Shown one piece after another: positions 8,871-19,639 of a DNA stretch of 64,000 nucleotides (the first letter of the stretch is position 1; every line of letters starts with the position of its first letter). The translations under genes were made by a program, and so were the position numbers. The stretch comes from an uncultured Clostridia bacterium (GTDB taxonomy: Bacteria > Bacillota > Clostridia > Christensenellales > Borkfalkiaceae), in contig CANQET010000008.1 of NCBI GenBank assembly GCA_947595585.1, positions 23,433 through 87,432 on the forward strand, read 5' to 3'. The notes below the pieces were generated by a model. The model made no database searches. It was not told where the DNA came from and saw nothing but the letters and a program-made list of their open reading frames with translations.

Positions 8871-8942
8871 AAAATGGGATTTTCCGAAAAAATCAAAAAT
8901 CACCCCCCGAAGAGGGGCGAAGAAACGCTCCGACACATCCAC

Positions 8943-8980
8943 GTAACTATTCGCAAAACACCGCTTTTACGAATAGTTAC
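8943..8980. repeat. 38-bp near-perfect palindrome made of box copies 2 and 3
   Basis: GTAACTATTCGCAAAA-caccgc-TTTTACGAATAGTTAC. Confidence 0.7.
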
Positions 8981-9017
8981 GACAAAAAAATAGCCAAAAA
9001 TAGGGGTCAATTCCTAT

Positions 9018-9061
9018 AAAATCGCGTGATTTTCGGGTTTTACGGAAAATCACGCGATTTT
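9018..9061. repeat. Perfect 16-bp inverted repeat / hairpin (possible bidirectional terminator of glg operon)
   Basis: AAAATCGCGTGATTTT-N12-AAAATCACGCGATTTT, T-rich on both sides. Confidence 0.6.
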
Positions 9062-9188
9062 TGCATTTTATGCTTTTTTGCGATTTTGTGCGGAATTTCC
9101 TACAGGCAGTTTGTTGTCTCCCGCGGAAAATTGATCGGCCGCGCGTACGGCGCATTTCGGCTTCCAAAGAACTATGTCACGCATAGCA

Positions 9189-9207
9189 ATTATGTCTGGC
9201 ATAGTAT
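9189..9207. repeat. Degenerate copy C of the ATTATGTGTGGCATA element
   Basis: ATTATGTcTGGCATAGTAT, ends directly at the GH13 stop codon (9208-9210). Confidence 0.5.
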
Positions 9208-11046
9208 TCATTCCGAGAGGTAGATGCCATAGCTCTCCGCCGCGACCTCGAGGGAATCTTCAAACGTCTCCTCGCCGAGAAGGCTCTGCAGTTTCCCGCG
9301 GATATGCAGGCGGTACTGATCTTTCGAGCGGTTGCACACCACGACGACGGCGCGCTCTCCCTTCCTGCGCTCGAAGACGAGGCAGCCGCTGTCCGCATAG
9401 AGTTCGCGGTAATCGCCGTCCGAAAATACGTCGGGCGCGACCTCGGAGCGGATCTCGCCGAGGCGGGCGTAGAAGGCACGGAGTTTGGATGTTTCCGCGG
9501 CTTCCCACGGGAAACAGCCGCGGCAGAAGGGATCGGAATAGCCTTCCATGCCGACTTCGTCGCCATAGTAGATGCAGGGCACGCCGAAGAGCGTAAACTG
9601 CAGCACCGCGGCCATGTAGAGCCGCCGATAGGCGGTCTCCCGCTCAGATTCCGTGAGCTCGAGGCAGGCCATTTCCTCCTTATCGCTGCATTGCCGCCCC
9701 GAGAGAACGGTGAGAATGCGCGGCGTATCGTGCGTTCCGAGGATGTTCATGAGGCAATCGCGGGTCTCTTTGGGGTAGTTATCGAGCAGCATGAAGATGG
9801 CCTCCCTGAGCTCGGAGGTATTGCCTGTGAGCATGAAGTTGATGATCCCGTTCTTGAGCGGATAGTTCATCACGCTGTCGAGTTCTTCGCCGAGAAGATA
9901 GGTCCTGCGCTCGTCGTAGGCGATTTTACAGCTCGCATCCTCCCAGACTTCGCCGATGAGCAGCCCCTCGGGATCGGCACGTTTTACGGCCTTGCGCACG
10001 AGGCGGATGAAGCTATCGGGGAGCTCGTCGGCCACGTCGAGGCGGTAACCCGCGGCGCCGCGTGCCATCCACGTCGCCACAACGCCCTCCTTCCCCGTGA
10101 TGAATTCGCGGTAGGATGCGGCCTGCTCATTGACCGCGGGAAGGGTCACGATGCCCCACCAACAATCATAGACGTCGGGAAATTGGCGGAAACGGTACCA
10201 TTCGGCGTAGGGCGAATCATGCGATTGATAGGCACCGAGCGAATCGTAGCGCCCGTATTTGTTGAAATAGCGGCTGTCGTCGCCCGTGTGATTGAAGACG
10301 CCGTCGAGGAGGATGCGGATGCCCCGCTTTTTCGCCTCGGAAGTAAGCCGCTCAAAATCCTCTTGGGTCCCGAGCAGGCCGTCGATCTTCATATAGTCGC
10401 CCGTATCGTAGCGGTGATTGGAATATGCCTCGAAGATGGGATTTAAGTAGATCGCCCGCACATGCAATGCGGCGAGATAATCGAGTTTTTGGATGATCCC
10501 CTCGAGATTTCCCCCGAAAAAGTCGCAATTCAGCACCTTTCCGAAGGCATTCGGGCGGAAAGAAGGCATGCCGCCCCAGTCATCGCGCAGCACCTGATAG
10601 GGCTTGACTTCCCGCCGTTTGCCGCCGATACAGAAGCGATCGGGGAAGATCTGATACATCACGCCGCCCTTGAACCATTCGGGCGTGGTGTAGTTTTCAT
10701 CGTAGACGGTGAGCTGCCAGCTCTCGAAGTGCCCGCGGCAGAGTTCGCCCCGCCGAAGTGCCCCGCGCGAAAGATAAAGGTCGTTTCCGAAGGAAAAATA
10801 GTAGAAATACAGCCCGACCTCATGGAATTTGAGCGAAACATAGAACCCGCGCTCACTGCGGCGCATGGGGACGACCTGCGAAAAGCCGTCGTCGCGGTAA
10901 AAATGCAGAAAACAAACGTCGGCGGAGAACGTTTCCAATTCTCCGCTTTCGCAATAGTATGTCTGAAATAGTACTTCGCACCCGCGCTTTACTGCCCCGA
11001 TCGGCGCCTTGCACGCCACATCGAGCGGGTCATAAAAGATCGTCAT
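9208..11046 (-). CDS. GH13 alpha-amylase family enzyme (neopullulanase/cyclomaltodextrinase-like)
   Basis: GH13 regions: DGVFNH, GYRLDVADE, GEVWED, plus HDT (ILGTHDTPR) in the fourth conserved region. Confidence 0.85.
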   Translation of the reverse strand: MTIFYDPLDVACKAPIGAVKRGCEVLFQTYYCESGELETFSADVCFLHFYRDDGFSQVVPMRRSERGFYVSLKFHEVGLYFYYFSFGNDLYLSRGALRRGELCRGHFESWQLTVYDENYTTPEWFKGGVMYQIFPDRFCIGGKRREVKPYQVLRDDWGGMPSFRPNAFGKVLNCDFFGGNLEGIIQKLDYLAALHVRAIYLNPIFEAYSNHRYDTGDYMKIDGLLGTQEDFERLTSEAKKRGIRILLDGVFNHTGDDSRYFNKYGRYDSLGAYQSHDSPYAEWYRFRQFPDVYDCWWGIVTLPAVNEQAASYREFITGKEGVVATWMARGAAGYRLDVADELPDSFIRLVRKAVKRADPEGLLIGEVWEDASCKIAYDERRTYLLGEELDSVMNYPLKNGIINFMLTGNTSELREAIFMLLDNYPKETRDCLMNILGTHDTPRILTVLSGRQCSDKEEMACLELTESERETAYRRLYMAAVLQFTLFGVPCIYYGDEVGMEGYSDPFCRGCFPWEAAETSKLRAFYARLGEIRSEVAPDVFSDGDYRELYADSGCLVFERRKGERAVVVVCNRSKDQYRLHIRGKLQSLLGEETFEDSLEVAAESYGIYLSE

Positions 11047-11050
11047 TGGA

Positions 11051-13477
11051 TTAGGTATTGATGGGCTTCAAGTGCCAGATGTTGTTTGCGTAGTCACGGA
11101 TGCTCCGATCTGCAGAGAAGTACCCTGCCGCCGCGATATTGAGAAGAGATCTCTTGTTCCATGCCATCTTGTCTTCACGGTAGAGCGCCCCCACTCTGCT
11201 CTGCATCTGCGAGTAGGATTCGAAATCCGCAAGGCACATGTAGGGATCCGCGATCCTGCCGTAGCGGAGAAGATAATTGGCGATCTCGGCGAACGAACAG
11301 CCGTTGAAGCCGACGATGAGCGATTCGATGATCCTGCGCAGCGTCGGGTTCTGATTGTAATACTCCGTCGAATTGTACCCGCGGTTCCAGATCTCCTTCA
11401 CTTCATCGGCCTTGAGCCCGAAGATGAAGATGTTCTCCTCCCCTACCCTCTCTGCCATTTCGACGTTTGCGCCGTCGAGCGTCCCGATCGTGAGTGCGCC
11501 GTTGATCATGAACTTCATGTTCCCCGTGCCGCTCGCCTCTTTCCCCGCAAGAGAGATCTGTTCGGAGATCTCGCTCGCCGGCATGAGCTTTTCCGACATC
11601 GTAACGTTGTAGTTCTCCATGTAGACGACGTTGAGCTTTTGGGAGATCTTGGGATCTTTGCGGATATCCTCGGCGAGGAAGCAGATGAGCTTCATGATCT
11701 GCTTTGCCATATCATAGCCCGCAGCGGCCTTGGCGCCGAAGATGTAGGTCTTGGGCAGTACGTCGAGCTCGGGGTTTTCGCGCAAGGCATTGTATTCCCC
11801 GATGATGTGCAAGACGTTCAGAAGCTGCCGCTTGTATTCGTGCATGCGCTTTGCCTGCACATCGAACACGGTATCAGGGTCGATGACGATCCCCTGCTGC
11901 TTCTTCGCGTACTCCGCAAACTGCTGTTTTTTGATGCGCTTGATCTCGTCGAGACGGCGAAGTACCCCCTCGTCGTCTGCAAATTTGCGCAATCCTTCGA
12001 GTTTGGAAGCATCCTTTGCGTAACCTGTGCCGATGCAGTCGTCGATGAGGGCGCAGAGCTCGGGATTGGATTGATTGAGCCAACGCCTGTGCGCGATGCC
12101 GTTCGTGACATTCGTGAATTTCTCGGGCGTGTACTCATAGAAATCGTGGAAAATGCTCTCTTTGATGATCTCGCTGTGCAATGCGGAGACGCCGTTTACC
12201 GAACTCGACCCCACGACGCACAGGTTTGCCATCCGCACTGTGTTGTGGGCGAGGATCGCCATGCGGGAGATCTTGTTCCAATCTCCGGGGAAGCGATGCC
12301 AGAGGTCGTCGCAGAATCTGCGGTTGATCTCCTTCAGAATGCCATAGATCCGCGGGAGACGGCGGGCGACGAGGTCCTCCGCCCACGTCTCGAGCGCCTC
12401 GGCGAGGACGGTATGATTGGTGTAGGCGCAAGTCGCCGTCGTGATGTTCCATGCCGTATCCCAATCGAAGTAATTTTCATCGACGAGGATGCGCATGAGC
12501 TCGGGGATCGCAAGGGCGGGATGCGTATCGTTGATATGGATCGCCGCCATCTGCGGAAGGAGCGCCAAGGAGCCGTAGCGGCGCTTATGGTCGGAGACGA
12601 TGCACTGAAGGGACGCCGAGACCAAAAAGTATTGCTGTTTGAGGCGGAGAGACTTGCCCTCGTTGTGGTTATCCGAGGGATAGAGCACCTTCGAGATGAG
12701 CTGGGCATCGCTGTCGTCGCGCATCACGGCCTCGTAATTGCCCTGCGAGAAGGCCTGCATATCGAATTCCTGCACGGCACGCGAACGCCACAGGCGAAGC
12801 ACGCTGACCGCCTGCGAATTTGCGCCCGAGACCATCATATCATAGGCGACCGCCTCGACTTCCTTCGCGTTGTGATACACTGTCTCCATGCCGTGATCGG
12901 TCCAACGCTCTTCGAGTTCGCCGTCAAAACGGACGATGAACGTCTTATCCGTGCGCTGCGTGAGCCATGCTTCGCCGCCCGGGAGCCATACGTCGGGCAG
13001 CTCGATCTGCCAACCGTCGACGATCTTCTGCTTGAAGAGGCCGTATTGATAGCAGATGGAAAAGCCCATGGCGGGGTAGTTCTGCGTGGCAAGTCCATCG
13101 AGGAAGCAAGCCGCAAGCCGCCCGAGCCCCCCGTTCCCGAGCCCCGCATCGGGCTCCTCTTCATAGAGATCTTCGAGGGTGAGCTTATAGGGGCGAAGCG
13201 CCTCTTCGAGGGCTTTGCCGATGCCGAGATTGTAGACGCTGTTCTTGAGCGAGCGCCCCATCAAAAATTCCATGCAGAGGTAGTATACGCGCTTTGCCCG
13301 CGCTTTCTTTACCTTTACATGGAACTGCTGCCGCTTTTCGAGCATGATATCGCGGACGCTGAAGACGACGGCGCGGTAGATCTGTTCGCGCGTTGCCTCT
13401 GCGGGCGAGACACCGAAGTAGCGGGAAAGTTTTCCCGCGATGAGCTCTTGCGCTTGCTGTGCGTTAAGTTTCTCCAT
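11051..13477 (-). CDS. glgP: Glycogen/alpha-glucan phosphorylase
   Basis: EASGTGNMKFMINGALTIGTLDGANVE PLP-site signature; 808 aa. Confidence 0.95.
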   Translation of the reverse strand: MEKLNAQQAQELIAGKLSRYFGVSPAEATREQIYRAVVFSVRDIMLEKRQQFHVKVKKARAKRVYYLCMEFLMGRSLKNSVYNLGIGKALEEALRPYKLTLEDLYEEEPDAGLGNGGLGRLAACFLDGLATQNYPAMGFSICYQYGLFKQKIVDGWQIELPDVWLPGGEAWLTQRTDKTFIVRFDGELEERWTDHGMETVYHNAKEVEAVAYDMMVSGANSQAVSVLRLWRSRAVQEFDMQAFSQGNYEAVMRDDSDAQLISKVLYPSDNHNEGKSLRLKQQYFLVSASLQCIVSDHKRRYGSLALLPQMAAIHINDTHPALAIPELMRILVDENYFDWDTAWNITTATCAYTNHTVLAEALETWAEDLVARRLPRIYGILKEINRRFCDDLWHRFPGDWNKISRMAILAHNTVRMANLCVVGSSSVNGVSALHSEIIKESIFHDFYEYTPEKFTNVTNGIAHRRWLNQSNPELCALIDDCIGTGYAKDASKLEGLRKFADDEGVLRRLDEIKRIKKQQFAEYAKKQQGIVIDPDTVFDVQAKRMHEYKRQLLNVLHIIGEYNALRENPELDVLPKTYIFGAKAAAGYDMAKQIMKLICFLAEDIRKDPKISQKLNVVYMENYNVTMSEKLMPASEISEQISLAGKEASGTGNMKFMINGALTIGTLDGANVEMAERVGEENIFIFGLKADEVKEIWNRGYNSTEYYNQNPTLRRIIESLIVGFNGCSFAEIANYLLRYGRIADPYMCLADFESYSQMQSRVGALYREDKMAWNKRSLLNIAAAGYFSADRSIRDYANNIWHLKPINT

Positions 13478-13541
13478 ACCTTTTTTATGTCCTTTTCAGT
13501 ATTGCGCGGCGGCGTCGCGGCCGCCGCGCGTCAATTGCAAA

Positions 13542-15065
13542 TTACTTGAGCATGCCGAGGTACAGTCCTTCGTAGTACTTCGCGGAGGTGGACCAAGAGA
13601 AGTCCGTCTCCATGGCCTTCTTCATGAGCCGTGCCCACTCGTCCTTCATGCGATACACGCCGAGCGCCTCGTTGATGACGTAGAGCATATCGTAAGCATC
13701 GTAGTTGCTGAACGTAAACCCGTTGCCGCCTGCGCCATAGGGCGTGATGCTGTCGCGAAGCCCCCCTGTCTCCCGCACGATCGCAACGGTGCCGTAGCGG
13801 CTGGCGATCATCTGGGAGAGCCCGCAAGGTTCGCTCTTGGAGGGCATGAGGAAGAGATCTGCCCCCGAATAGATCTTGCGCGAGAGATCGGAGTTGAAGG
13901 AGATCACCGAGATCACCTTTCCCGGATAGTTGCGCGCAAGACCCGAGAAATAGTTTTCGTATTGCGAATCGCCCGTGCCGAGCAGGACGAACTGCACATC
14001 CTGCCGAAGCACCTGCTCGATGACTTCCTTCACGAGGTCGAGCCCCTTATGGCTGACGAGGCGGGAGATCATGGCGATGATGGGCGTATCCGGCCGCACG
14101 GGAAGCCCCAACATCTTCTGGAGCTCTTCCTTGCAGACCGCCTTGGTTTCGGGATGCTCCGCATTATAATTGGCGAAGAGCGCCTTGTCCGTCGCGGGGT
14201 CGTAGTAATCGGGATCGATGCCGTTGAGGATGCCGCAGAGCTTGAATTCGTTGCGGCGTACGATCTGATCGAGCCCGTGTGCGTAGTAAGGATCCTTGAT
14301 CTCCCCCGCATAGGTGGGCGAGACCGTCGTGAAGCGTTCGCAGCACTCGATCGCCCCCTTCATGAGGTTGATGCAGTGATCGAACTCGACGAGATTCTTA
14401 TAGCGGTAGGAGATCCCGAAGAGATCTTCGAGGATATCGAGGGAATACTTGCCCTGATATTCGATATTGTGGATCGTAAACACCGCACGGATGAACTGAT
14501 ATTCGGGGCGGTAGCAGTAGATGGTCTTGAGGTAGAGCGCCGCAAGCGCCGCCTGCCAATCGTGGCAGTGCAGGATATCGGGGTAGAAATTGATGAAGCC
14601 GAGGATCTCCATGACGCTGCGGCAGAAGAAGGCGAAACGCTCGCCGTCGTCGTAGTAGCCGTAGCAGCCGGGGCGCTTGAAGTAGTACTCGTTGTCCACG
14701 AAGTAGAACTTCACGCGGTTCGCCTCGTATTCGAAGATCCCGCAATACTGGTTGCGCCACGAGAGCGGCACGAAGATGTTCCCGATGAAGCGGAAATCCT
14801 TGCGGTACTCCTTTTTGATATCCTGATAGAGCGGAAGGATGACGCGGACATCGTACCGCTCATCGGCGGCGACCGCCTTGGAGAGCGATCCGATGACTTC
14901 GGCCAGCCCGCCCGTCGCGATGAAGGGCGCCGCCTCGCTCGCGACAAAGAGGATCTTCTTCTTTGCCTCGACGGTGACGACGGGCTCTTCCTTTGCCGCC
15001 TCGGCGGGTACGGTCTCGGTGACCTCGATCGCCGCTTGCTTCGTGCGTTTTGCAGTGGTTTTCAT
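13542..15065 (-). CDS. glgA: Glycogen synthase (ADP-glucose type)
   Basis: KILFVASEAAPFIATGGLAEV motif; start ATG 15065 behind GAGGGGGA SD; about 35-aa N-terminal extension. Confidence 0.9.
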   Translation of the reverse strand: MKTTAKRTKQAAIEVTETVPAEAAKEEPVVTVEAKKKILFVASEAAPFIATGGLAEVIGSLSKAVAADERYDVRVILPLYQDIKKEYRKDFRFIGNIFVPLSWRNQYCGIFEYEANRVKFYFVDNEYYFKRPGCYGYYDDGERFAFFCRSVMEILGFINFYPDILHCHDWQAALAALYLKTIYCYRPEYQFIRAVFTIHNIEYQGKYSLDILEDLFGISYRYKNLVEFDHCINLMKGAIECCERFTTVSPTYAGEIKDPYYAHGLDQIVRRNEFKLCGILNGIDPDYYDPATDKALFANYNAEHPETKAVCKEELQKMLGLPVRPDTPIIAMISRLVSHKGLDLVKEVIEQVLRQDVQFVLLGTGDSQYENYFSGLARNYPGKVISVISFNSDLSRKIYSGADLFLMPSKSEPCGLSQMIASRYGTVAIVRETGGLRDSITPYGAGGNGFTFSNYDAYDMLYVINEALGVYRMKDEWARLMKKAMETDFSWSTSAKYYEGLYLGMLK

Positions 15066-15105
15066 GGTAATTCCCCCTCTTGATTTCTTGATCGCCCGCT
15101 GCGTG

Positions 15106-16230
15106 TTACAGCATTCTGCCTTTTGAGATGAAGTACGGGAGCTCCGCACAGCCCGAAAGCGTCCTCCGATCGCGGATGACGACGTTTTTATCGGTGACGA
15201 CGCAGTCGAGCGAGACGTTTTCGCCGATCACGGAGTCCTGCATGATGATGGAATTTTTGATCACGCTCCCCTTTCCGACTTTCACGCCGCGGAAGAGGAT
15301 GCAGTTCTCGACCGTCCCCTCGATGACGCAGCCGTCGGAGATGAGCGAATCGCGCACGACGGCGCCTTCGAGATACTTCGAAGGTGCGCTGTCGCGGACT
15401 TTCGTGTAGATATCGCGGCCGCCGAAGAGCTCGTCGCGGACGTCGCGCCGAAGCAGCTCCATGCTGTGCGTATAGTAGTTTTGCATGGAATTGACGCCCG
15501 CATAGTAGCCTTGGAAGCCGTAGCCATAGATCTTGAGCGTATCCACGTTCTTCGCGAGGATGTCCCTTCCGAAGCTCGAAAAGCCCCGCGTGACGGCATC
15601 CTGGATCGTATTGACGAGGAACTCGCGGCTCATCACCATCACATTGACGTAGAGCGCATATTTCTTACCCGGAACAAGGTCGCGCGGGCTGATCTTGATC
15701 CCCTTTACGCGGCCTGTCTTGGCATCGGGATCGAGGGCGATGAAGTAGTTGGATTCGCAGGGCTCGGTCTCTTCATGGTAGACCATCGTGATATCCGCCC
15801 CCTTCTCCTCGTGGAAGCGCACGATCTCGCCGAAGTTCATGTGGGAGATGCCGTCGCAGTCGGAGATCACGACGTAATCCTCCTTGCGGTGGGTCAAAAA
15901 GCCCGTGATGCTCATGAGGGCTTCAAGGCGGGTCGTGTAGGGTTTATCGGTCTCGTCGGAATAAGGCGGAAGCAGGATGATGCCGCCGTCTTTCCGCGCG
16001 AGATCCCACTCTTTGCCGCTGCCGAGGTGATCGATGAGCGATTGATAGTTGTTTTTGGTGACGATACCGACCGTCGTGATGCTCGAATTGACCATATTCG
16101 AGAGCGCGAAGTCGATGAGACGGTATCTACCCCCGAACGGGACCGAGGCCATCGTGCGATGACGGGAGAGCTCGGGGATGTTTTCGTCGTGGATATTGGA
16201 AAAGATAACGCCGACCGTGGAATGTGCCAT
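15106..16230 (-). CDS. glgD: Glucose-1-phosphate adenylyltransferase regulatory subunit GlgD
   Basis: GlgC paralog lacking the GGxGxR loop (VIFSNIHD...), positioned after glgC as in Bacillus; start ATG 16230. Confidence 0.85.
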   Translation of the reverse strand: MAHSTVGVIFSNIHDENIPELSRHRTMASVPFGGRYRLIDFALSNMVNSSITTVGIVTKNNYQSLIDHLGSGKEWDLARKDGGIILLPPYSDETDKPYTTRLEALMSITGFLTHRKEDYVVISDCDGISHMNFGEIVRFHEEKGADITMVYHEETEPCESNYFIALDPDAKTGRVKGIKISPRDLVPGKKYALYVNVMVMSREFLVNTIQDAVTRGFSSFGRDILAKNVDTLKIYGYGFQGYYAGVNSMQNYYTHSMELLRRDVRDELFGGRDIYTKVRDSAPSKYLEGAVVRDSLISDGCVIEGTVENCILFRGVKVGKGSVIKNSIIMQDSVIGENVSLDCVVTDKNVVIRDRRTLSGCAELPYFISKGRML

Positions 16231-16234
16231 GTTC

Positions 16235-17431
16235 TTATTCCCCCTTGTAATCCTTATCGAGTACGGTGCCGCCTTTGACTTTCGCACCTTGGGCGATCGT
16301 GATGTTCCTGCCGAGCACGGCGATACCCGCACCCGCGCTCTTGGGGTCGCCGACGGTGGCGCCGCAGTCGATCACGACGTTTTCATCGACGATCGAATAC
16401 TCGACGGTCGCCCCCGCCTTCACGACGGTCCCCGCCATGATGACGGCGTCGCGGACGGTCGCCCCCGCTTCGACGACGACGTTGGAGGCGAGCACGGAAT
16501 TCTGCACCGTCCCCTCGATCTCGCAGCCGAGCGCGATCATGGAATTTTCTACTTTGGCCGCTTCCCCGATGTATTCGGGCGGGGCGAGCGGGTTGCGGGA
16601 ATGGATCTTCCATCCGCTGTCGCCGACGTCGAACGCGGGATCCTTGCCCAAGAGGTCCATATTGGATTCCCAGAGCGAGGAGATCGTGCCGACGTCCTTC
16701 CAATATCCGCGGAAACGGTAGGAATACATCTTCTCGCCCGCACGGAGCATCGCGGGAAGCACATCCTTGCCGAAATCCTTGGAGGATGCGGGGTCGGCAT
16801 CGTCCATTTCGAGGTATTTGAAGAGCTTTTTCGCCGTGAAGATGTAGATCCCCATCGAGGCGAGGTTGCTCTTGGGCTGTTTGGGTTTCTCTTCGAATTG
16901 ATAGATGGAACCATCCTCATTCGTGTTGAGGATCCCGAAGCGGGAAGCCTCCTTCATGGGCACTTCGATGGCTGCGATCGTACAATCCGCCCCCGTCGCC
17001 TTGTGGGCGCGGAGCATCGCGGCGTAGTCCATCTTATAGATATGATCGCCCGAGAGGATGAGGACATAATCGGGATCGTACTTCTTCATGAAGTGCATGT
17101 TCTGGAAGACGGCATTCGCCGTCCCTTCGAACCACGACTGCTTCTTCTTCGCCTGATAGGGCGAAAGAATATGCACGCCGCCGAAGGCACGGTCGAGATC
17201 CCAAGGCTGTCCGTTGCCGATGTATTCGTTGAGTTCGAGCGGCTCGTACTGCGTCAGAACGCCGACGGTGTCGATCCCCGAGTTGATGCAGTTGCTGAGC
17301 GGAAAATCGATGATGCGGTACTTCGCGCCGAACGCGACCGCGGGCTTTGCGATGTTGTTTGTGAGCGCATAGAGCCTCGAACCCTGTCCGCCCGCAAGCA
17401 GCATTGCAACGCATTCTTTTTTTCTGAGCAT
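16235..17431 (-). CDS. glgC: Glucose-1-phosphate adenylyltransferase
   Basis: [14 protein letters not shown] nucleotide-binding motif and left-handed beta-helix C-terminus; start ATG 17431. Confidence 0.9.
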   Translation of the reverse strand: MLRKKECVAMLLAGGQGSRLYALTNNIAKPAVAFGAKYRIIDFPLSNCINSGIDTVGVLTQYEPLELNEYIGNGQPWDLDRAFGGVHILSPYQAKKKQSWFEGTANAVFQNMHFMKKYDPDYVLILSGDHIYKMDYAAMLRAHKATGADCTIAAIEVPMKEASRFGILNTNEDGSIYQFEEKPKQPKSNLASMGIYIFTAKKLFKYLEMDDADPASSKDFGKDVLPAMLRAGEKMYSYRFRGYWKDVGTISSLWESNMDLLGKDPAFDVGDSGWKIHSRNPLAPPEYIGEAAKVENSMIALGCEIEGTVQNSVLASNVVVEAGATVRDAVIMAGTVVKAGATVEYSIVDENVVIDCGATVGDPKSAGAGIAVLGRNITIAQGAKVKGGTVLDKDYKGE

Positions 17432-17466
17432 TCCTATGTTACCCCCTATCGGATCTTTCGATCCAC

Positions 17467-19422
17467 TTATATCTTCGGCTTTTGCGCCGTATTTCCCTGT
17501 TTTTCGCCGTCTTCCGGACAATATACGAGGTACATCGTCGTGAACTTCGGCACATCCATCCGTAGCGAATACATCTTCCCGTGGCTGGGTGCACGGACCG
17601 CCTTCAGCGATTTGTGCGTGACGATCCCCCTGCCGCCGTACTTCTTATCATCGGAGCAGAAGACGATCTTATACTTCCCCTTGCGGTTTACGCCGAGAAG
17701 ATAATTTTCGGCGTCTGCCCCCGAGAAGCAGGAGAGGCAGATGATCTCGCCCCCCGCCCTGTCGCGGCGGATGAAGGAGACGATGTTGCGGTCGGCATCG
17801 TCGGGCGCGAGCCATTCGAAGCCGTCCCAAGAATCTTCGATTTCATAGAAGGCGGGCGTCGCGGTATAGAAGTAGTTGAGCGCCTTCACGTACTCCGAGA
17901 GTTTGCCGTGGAGCTCGTAGGTATCGCGGAGGAAGAACTCCAGCCCTTCGCGGAAATTCCACTCCTTGAACTGCCCGAATTCGTACCCCATGAAGTTGAG
18001 CTTCTTCCCGGGATGGGCCATCATATAGCCGAGGAAGGCGCGTACGCCCGCAAACTTTTCGGCATATTCCCCCGGCATCTTGCCGATGAGCGAACATTTC
18101 CCGTGTACGACTTCATCGTGCGAGATCGGAAGCACATAGTTCTCCGAGAAGGCGTACATCATGGAAAAGGTGAGTTTGTTGTGGTTGTTCATGCGGAAAT
18201 AGGGATCGAGGGAGAGATACGAGAGCATATCGTTCATCCAGCCCATATTCCATTTGAAGTTGAAGCCCAGCCCGCCGACGCTCCCGGGCTTGGTGACGAG
18301 CCCCCACGCCGTGGATTCCTCGGCAATCATGAGCGCGGAAGGAAAACGCTTGAAGACGGCTTCGTTGAGTCTGCGAAGAAAGGCGATCGCCTCGAGATTC
18401 TTGTTTTCGCCGTAGATGTTGGGGACCCACTCCCCGGGGCGCTTATCGTAATCGAGATAGAGCATCGAGGCGACGGCGTCCACGCGGAGACCGTCGACAT
18501 GGAAGAGATCGAAGAAGAAACAGGCGCCGGAGATGAGGAAGGAGAGAACTTCGTTCCTGCCGTAGTCGAAGCGGCGGGTCCCCCAGCTCTTATGCTCCAT
18601 GCGGTCCCATTGGCTGCTCTCATAGAGAGGCTGTCCGTCGAACTCGTAGAGCCCGTGGGCGTCCTTGGGGAAGTGTGCGGGCACCCAATCGACGATGACG
18701 CCGATCCCCGCACGGTGAAAGCTATCGACGAGGTACATGAAGTCGTGCGGCGTCCCGAGGCGGGAAGTGACCGCAAAATAACCCGTGACCTGATATCCCC
18801 ACGAGCCGTCGAAGGGATATTCGGTGACGGGCATGAACTCGACATGCGTATAGCCCATCTCCTTGACATAGGAGACGAGCTCTGTCGCGAGATCGCGGTA
18901 GGAGAGGAAATTGCCGTCGTCGTGATGCTTCCACGAGAGCAGATTGACCTCGTAGATATTCATCGGCGAGGTAAACACATTCTTTTGATCGCGCGCACGG
19001 AGATAGGCGGAATCCCCCCACGGATAGCCCGAAAGATCGTAGACTTTCGAGGCGTTTGCGGGCGGCGTTTCGGTGTGAAAGCCGACGGGGTCGCACTTCA
19101 TGAGTTTGCGGCCGTCCTGCGTCTCGATGCAGTATTTGTAGGTATCGTATTGCTTGATCCCGGGGACAAACAGCTCGAAGCACTCGTTATCGACCATGCA
19201 GTGCATGACGTTCGCGTTTTCCTGCCACCCGTTGAAATCACCCACGACGGAGACCTGCTTTGCGTGCGGTGCCCAGACGCGGAACACGTAACCCGCTTCC
19301 CCCTTCTCCGTCGCCTTATGTGCGCCGAAGATCTCATAGATGCGGTCGTTCCTGCCGTGGTGATAGAGGTGCAGCGGAAAATCCGTCTCCCGCTCCATAA
19401 CGTTGTTCTTCTGTTTCTCCAT
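17467..19422 (-). CDS. glgB: 1,4-alpha-glucan branching enzyme
   Basis: CBM48 plus GH13 motifs ([22 protein letters not shown]); start ATG 19422 (19398 possible); upstream ORF extension overlaps murC. Confidence 0.9.
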   Translation of the reverse strand: MEKQKNNVMERETDFPLHLYHHGRNDRIYEIFGAHKATEKGEAGYVFRVWAPHAKQVSVVGDFNGWQENANVMHCMVDNECFELFVPGIKQYDTYKYCIETQDGRKLMKCDPVGFHTETPPANASKVYDLSGYPWGDSAYLRARDQKNVFTSPMNIYEVNLLSWKHHDDGNFLSYRDLATELVSYVKEMGYTHVEFMPVTEYPFDGSWGYQVTGYFAVTSRLGTPHDFMYLVDSFHRAGIGVIVDWVPAHFPKDAHGLYEFDGQPLYESSQWDRMEHKSWGTRRFDYGRNEVLSFLISGACFFFDLFHVDGLRVDAVASMLYLDYDKRPGEWVPNIYGENKNLEAIAFLRRLNEAVFKRFPSALMIAEESTAWGLVTKPGSVGGLGFNFKWNMGWMNDMLSYLSLDPYFRMNNHNKLTFSMMYAFSENYVLPISHDEVVHGKCSLIGKMPGEYAEKFAGVRAFLGYMMAHPGKKLNFMGYEFGQFKEWNFREGLEFFLRDTYELHGKLSEYVKALNYFYTATPAFYEIEDSWDGFEWLAPDDADRNIVSFIRRDRAGGEIICLSCFSGADAENYLLGVNRKGKYKIVFCSDDKKYGGRGIVTHKSLKAVRAPSHGKMYSLRMDVPKFTTMYLVYCPEDGEKQGNTAQKPKI

Positions 19423-19483
19423 GACGTTCGTCTTACGACTTCCCCCCTTGCCCGCGCGGGCGCTGCCTTCGGCGGACAATCTT

Positions 19484-19512
19484 ATTATACTATATTTCTG
19501 CGTCGGTTTCAA
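19484..19512 (-). promoter_or_regulatory. glg operon promoter
   Basis: minus strand TTGAAA-N17-TATAAT. Confidence 0.55.
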
Positions 19513-19574
19513 TACCAAATCCCAAATTTTTCCTCCGAATTGCGAATTTTTTTCGGGACAAAGCCAAGCCGCTA

Positions 19575-19611
19575 CGAAAAAGATCCGGCAACCTGTAGTT
19601 TGGCTGCCGGA
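19575..19611 (-). terminator. Terminator after murC
   Basis: TCCGGCA/TGCCGGA stem followed by TCTTTTT on the minus strand. Confidence 0.55.
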
Positions 19612-19639
19612 CCGCAAAATTTTGCATTGCCCCCGAAAT

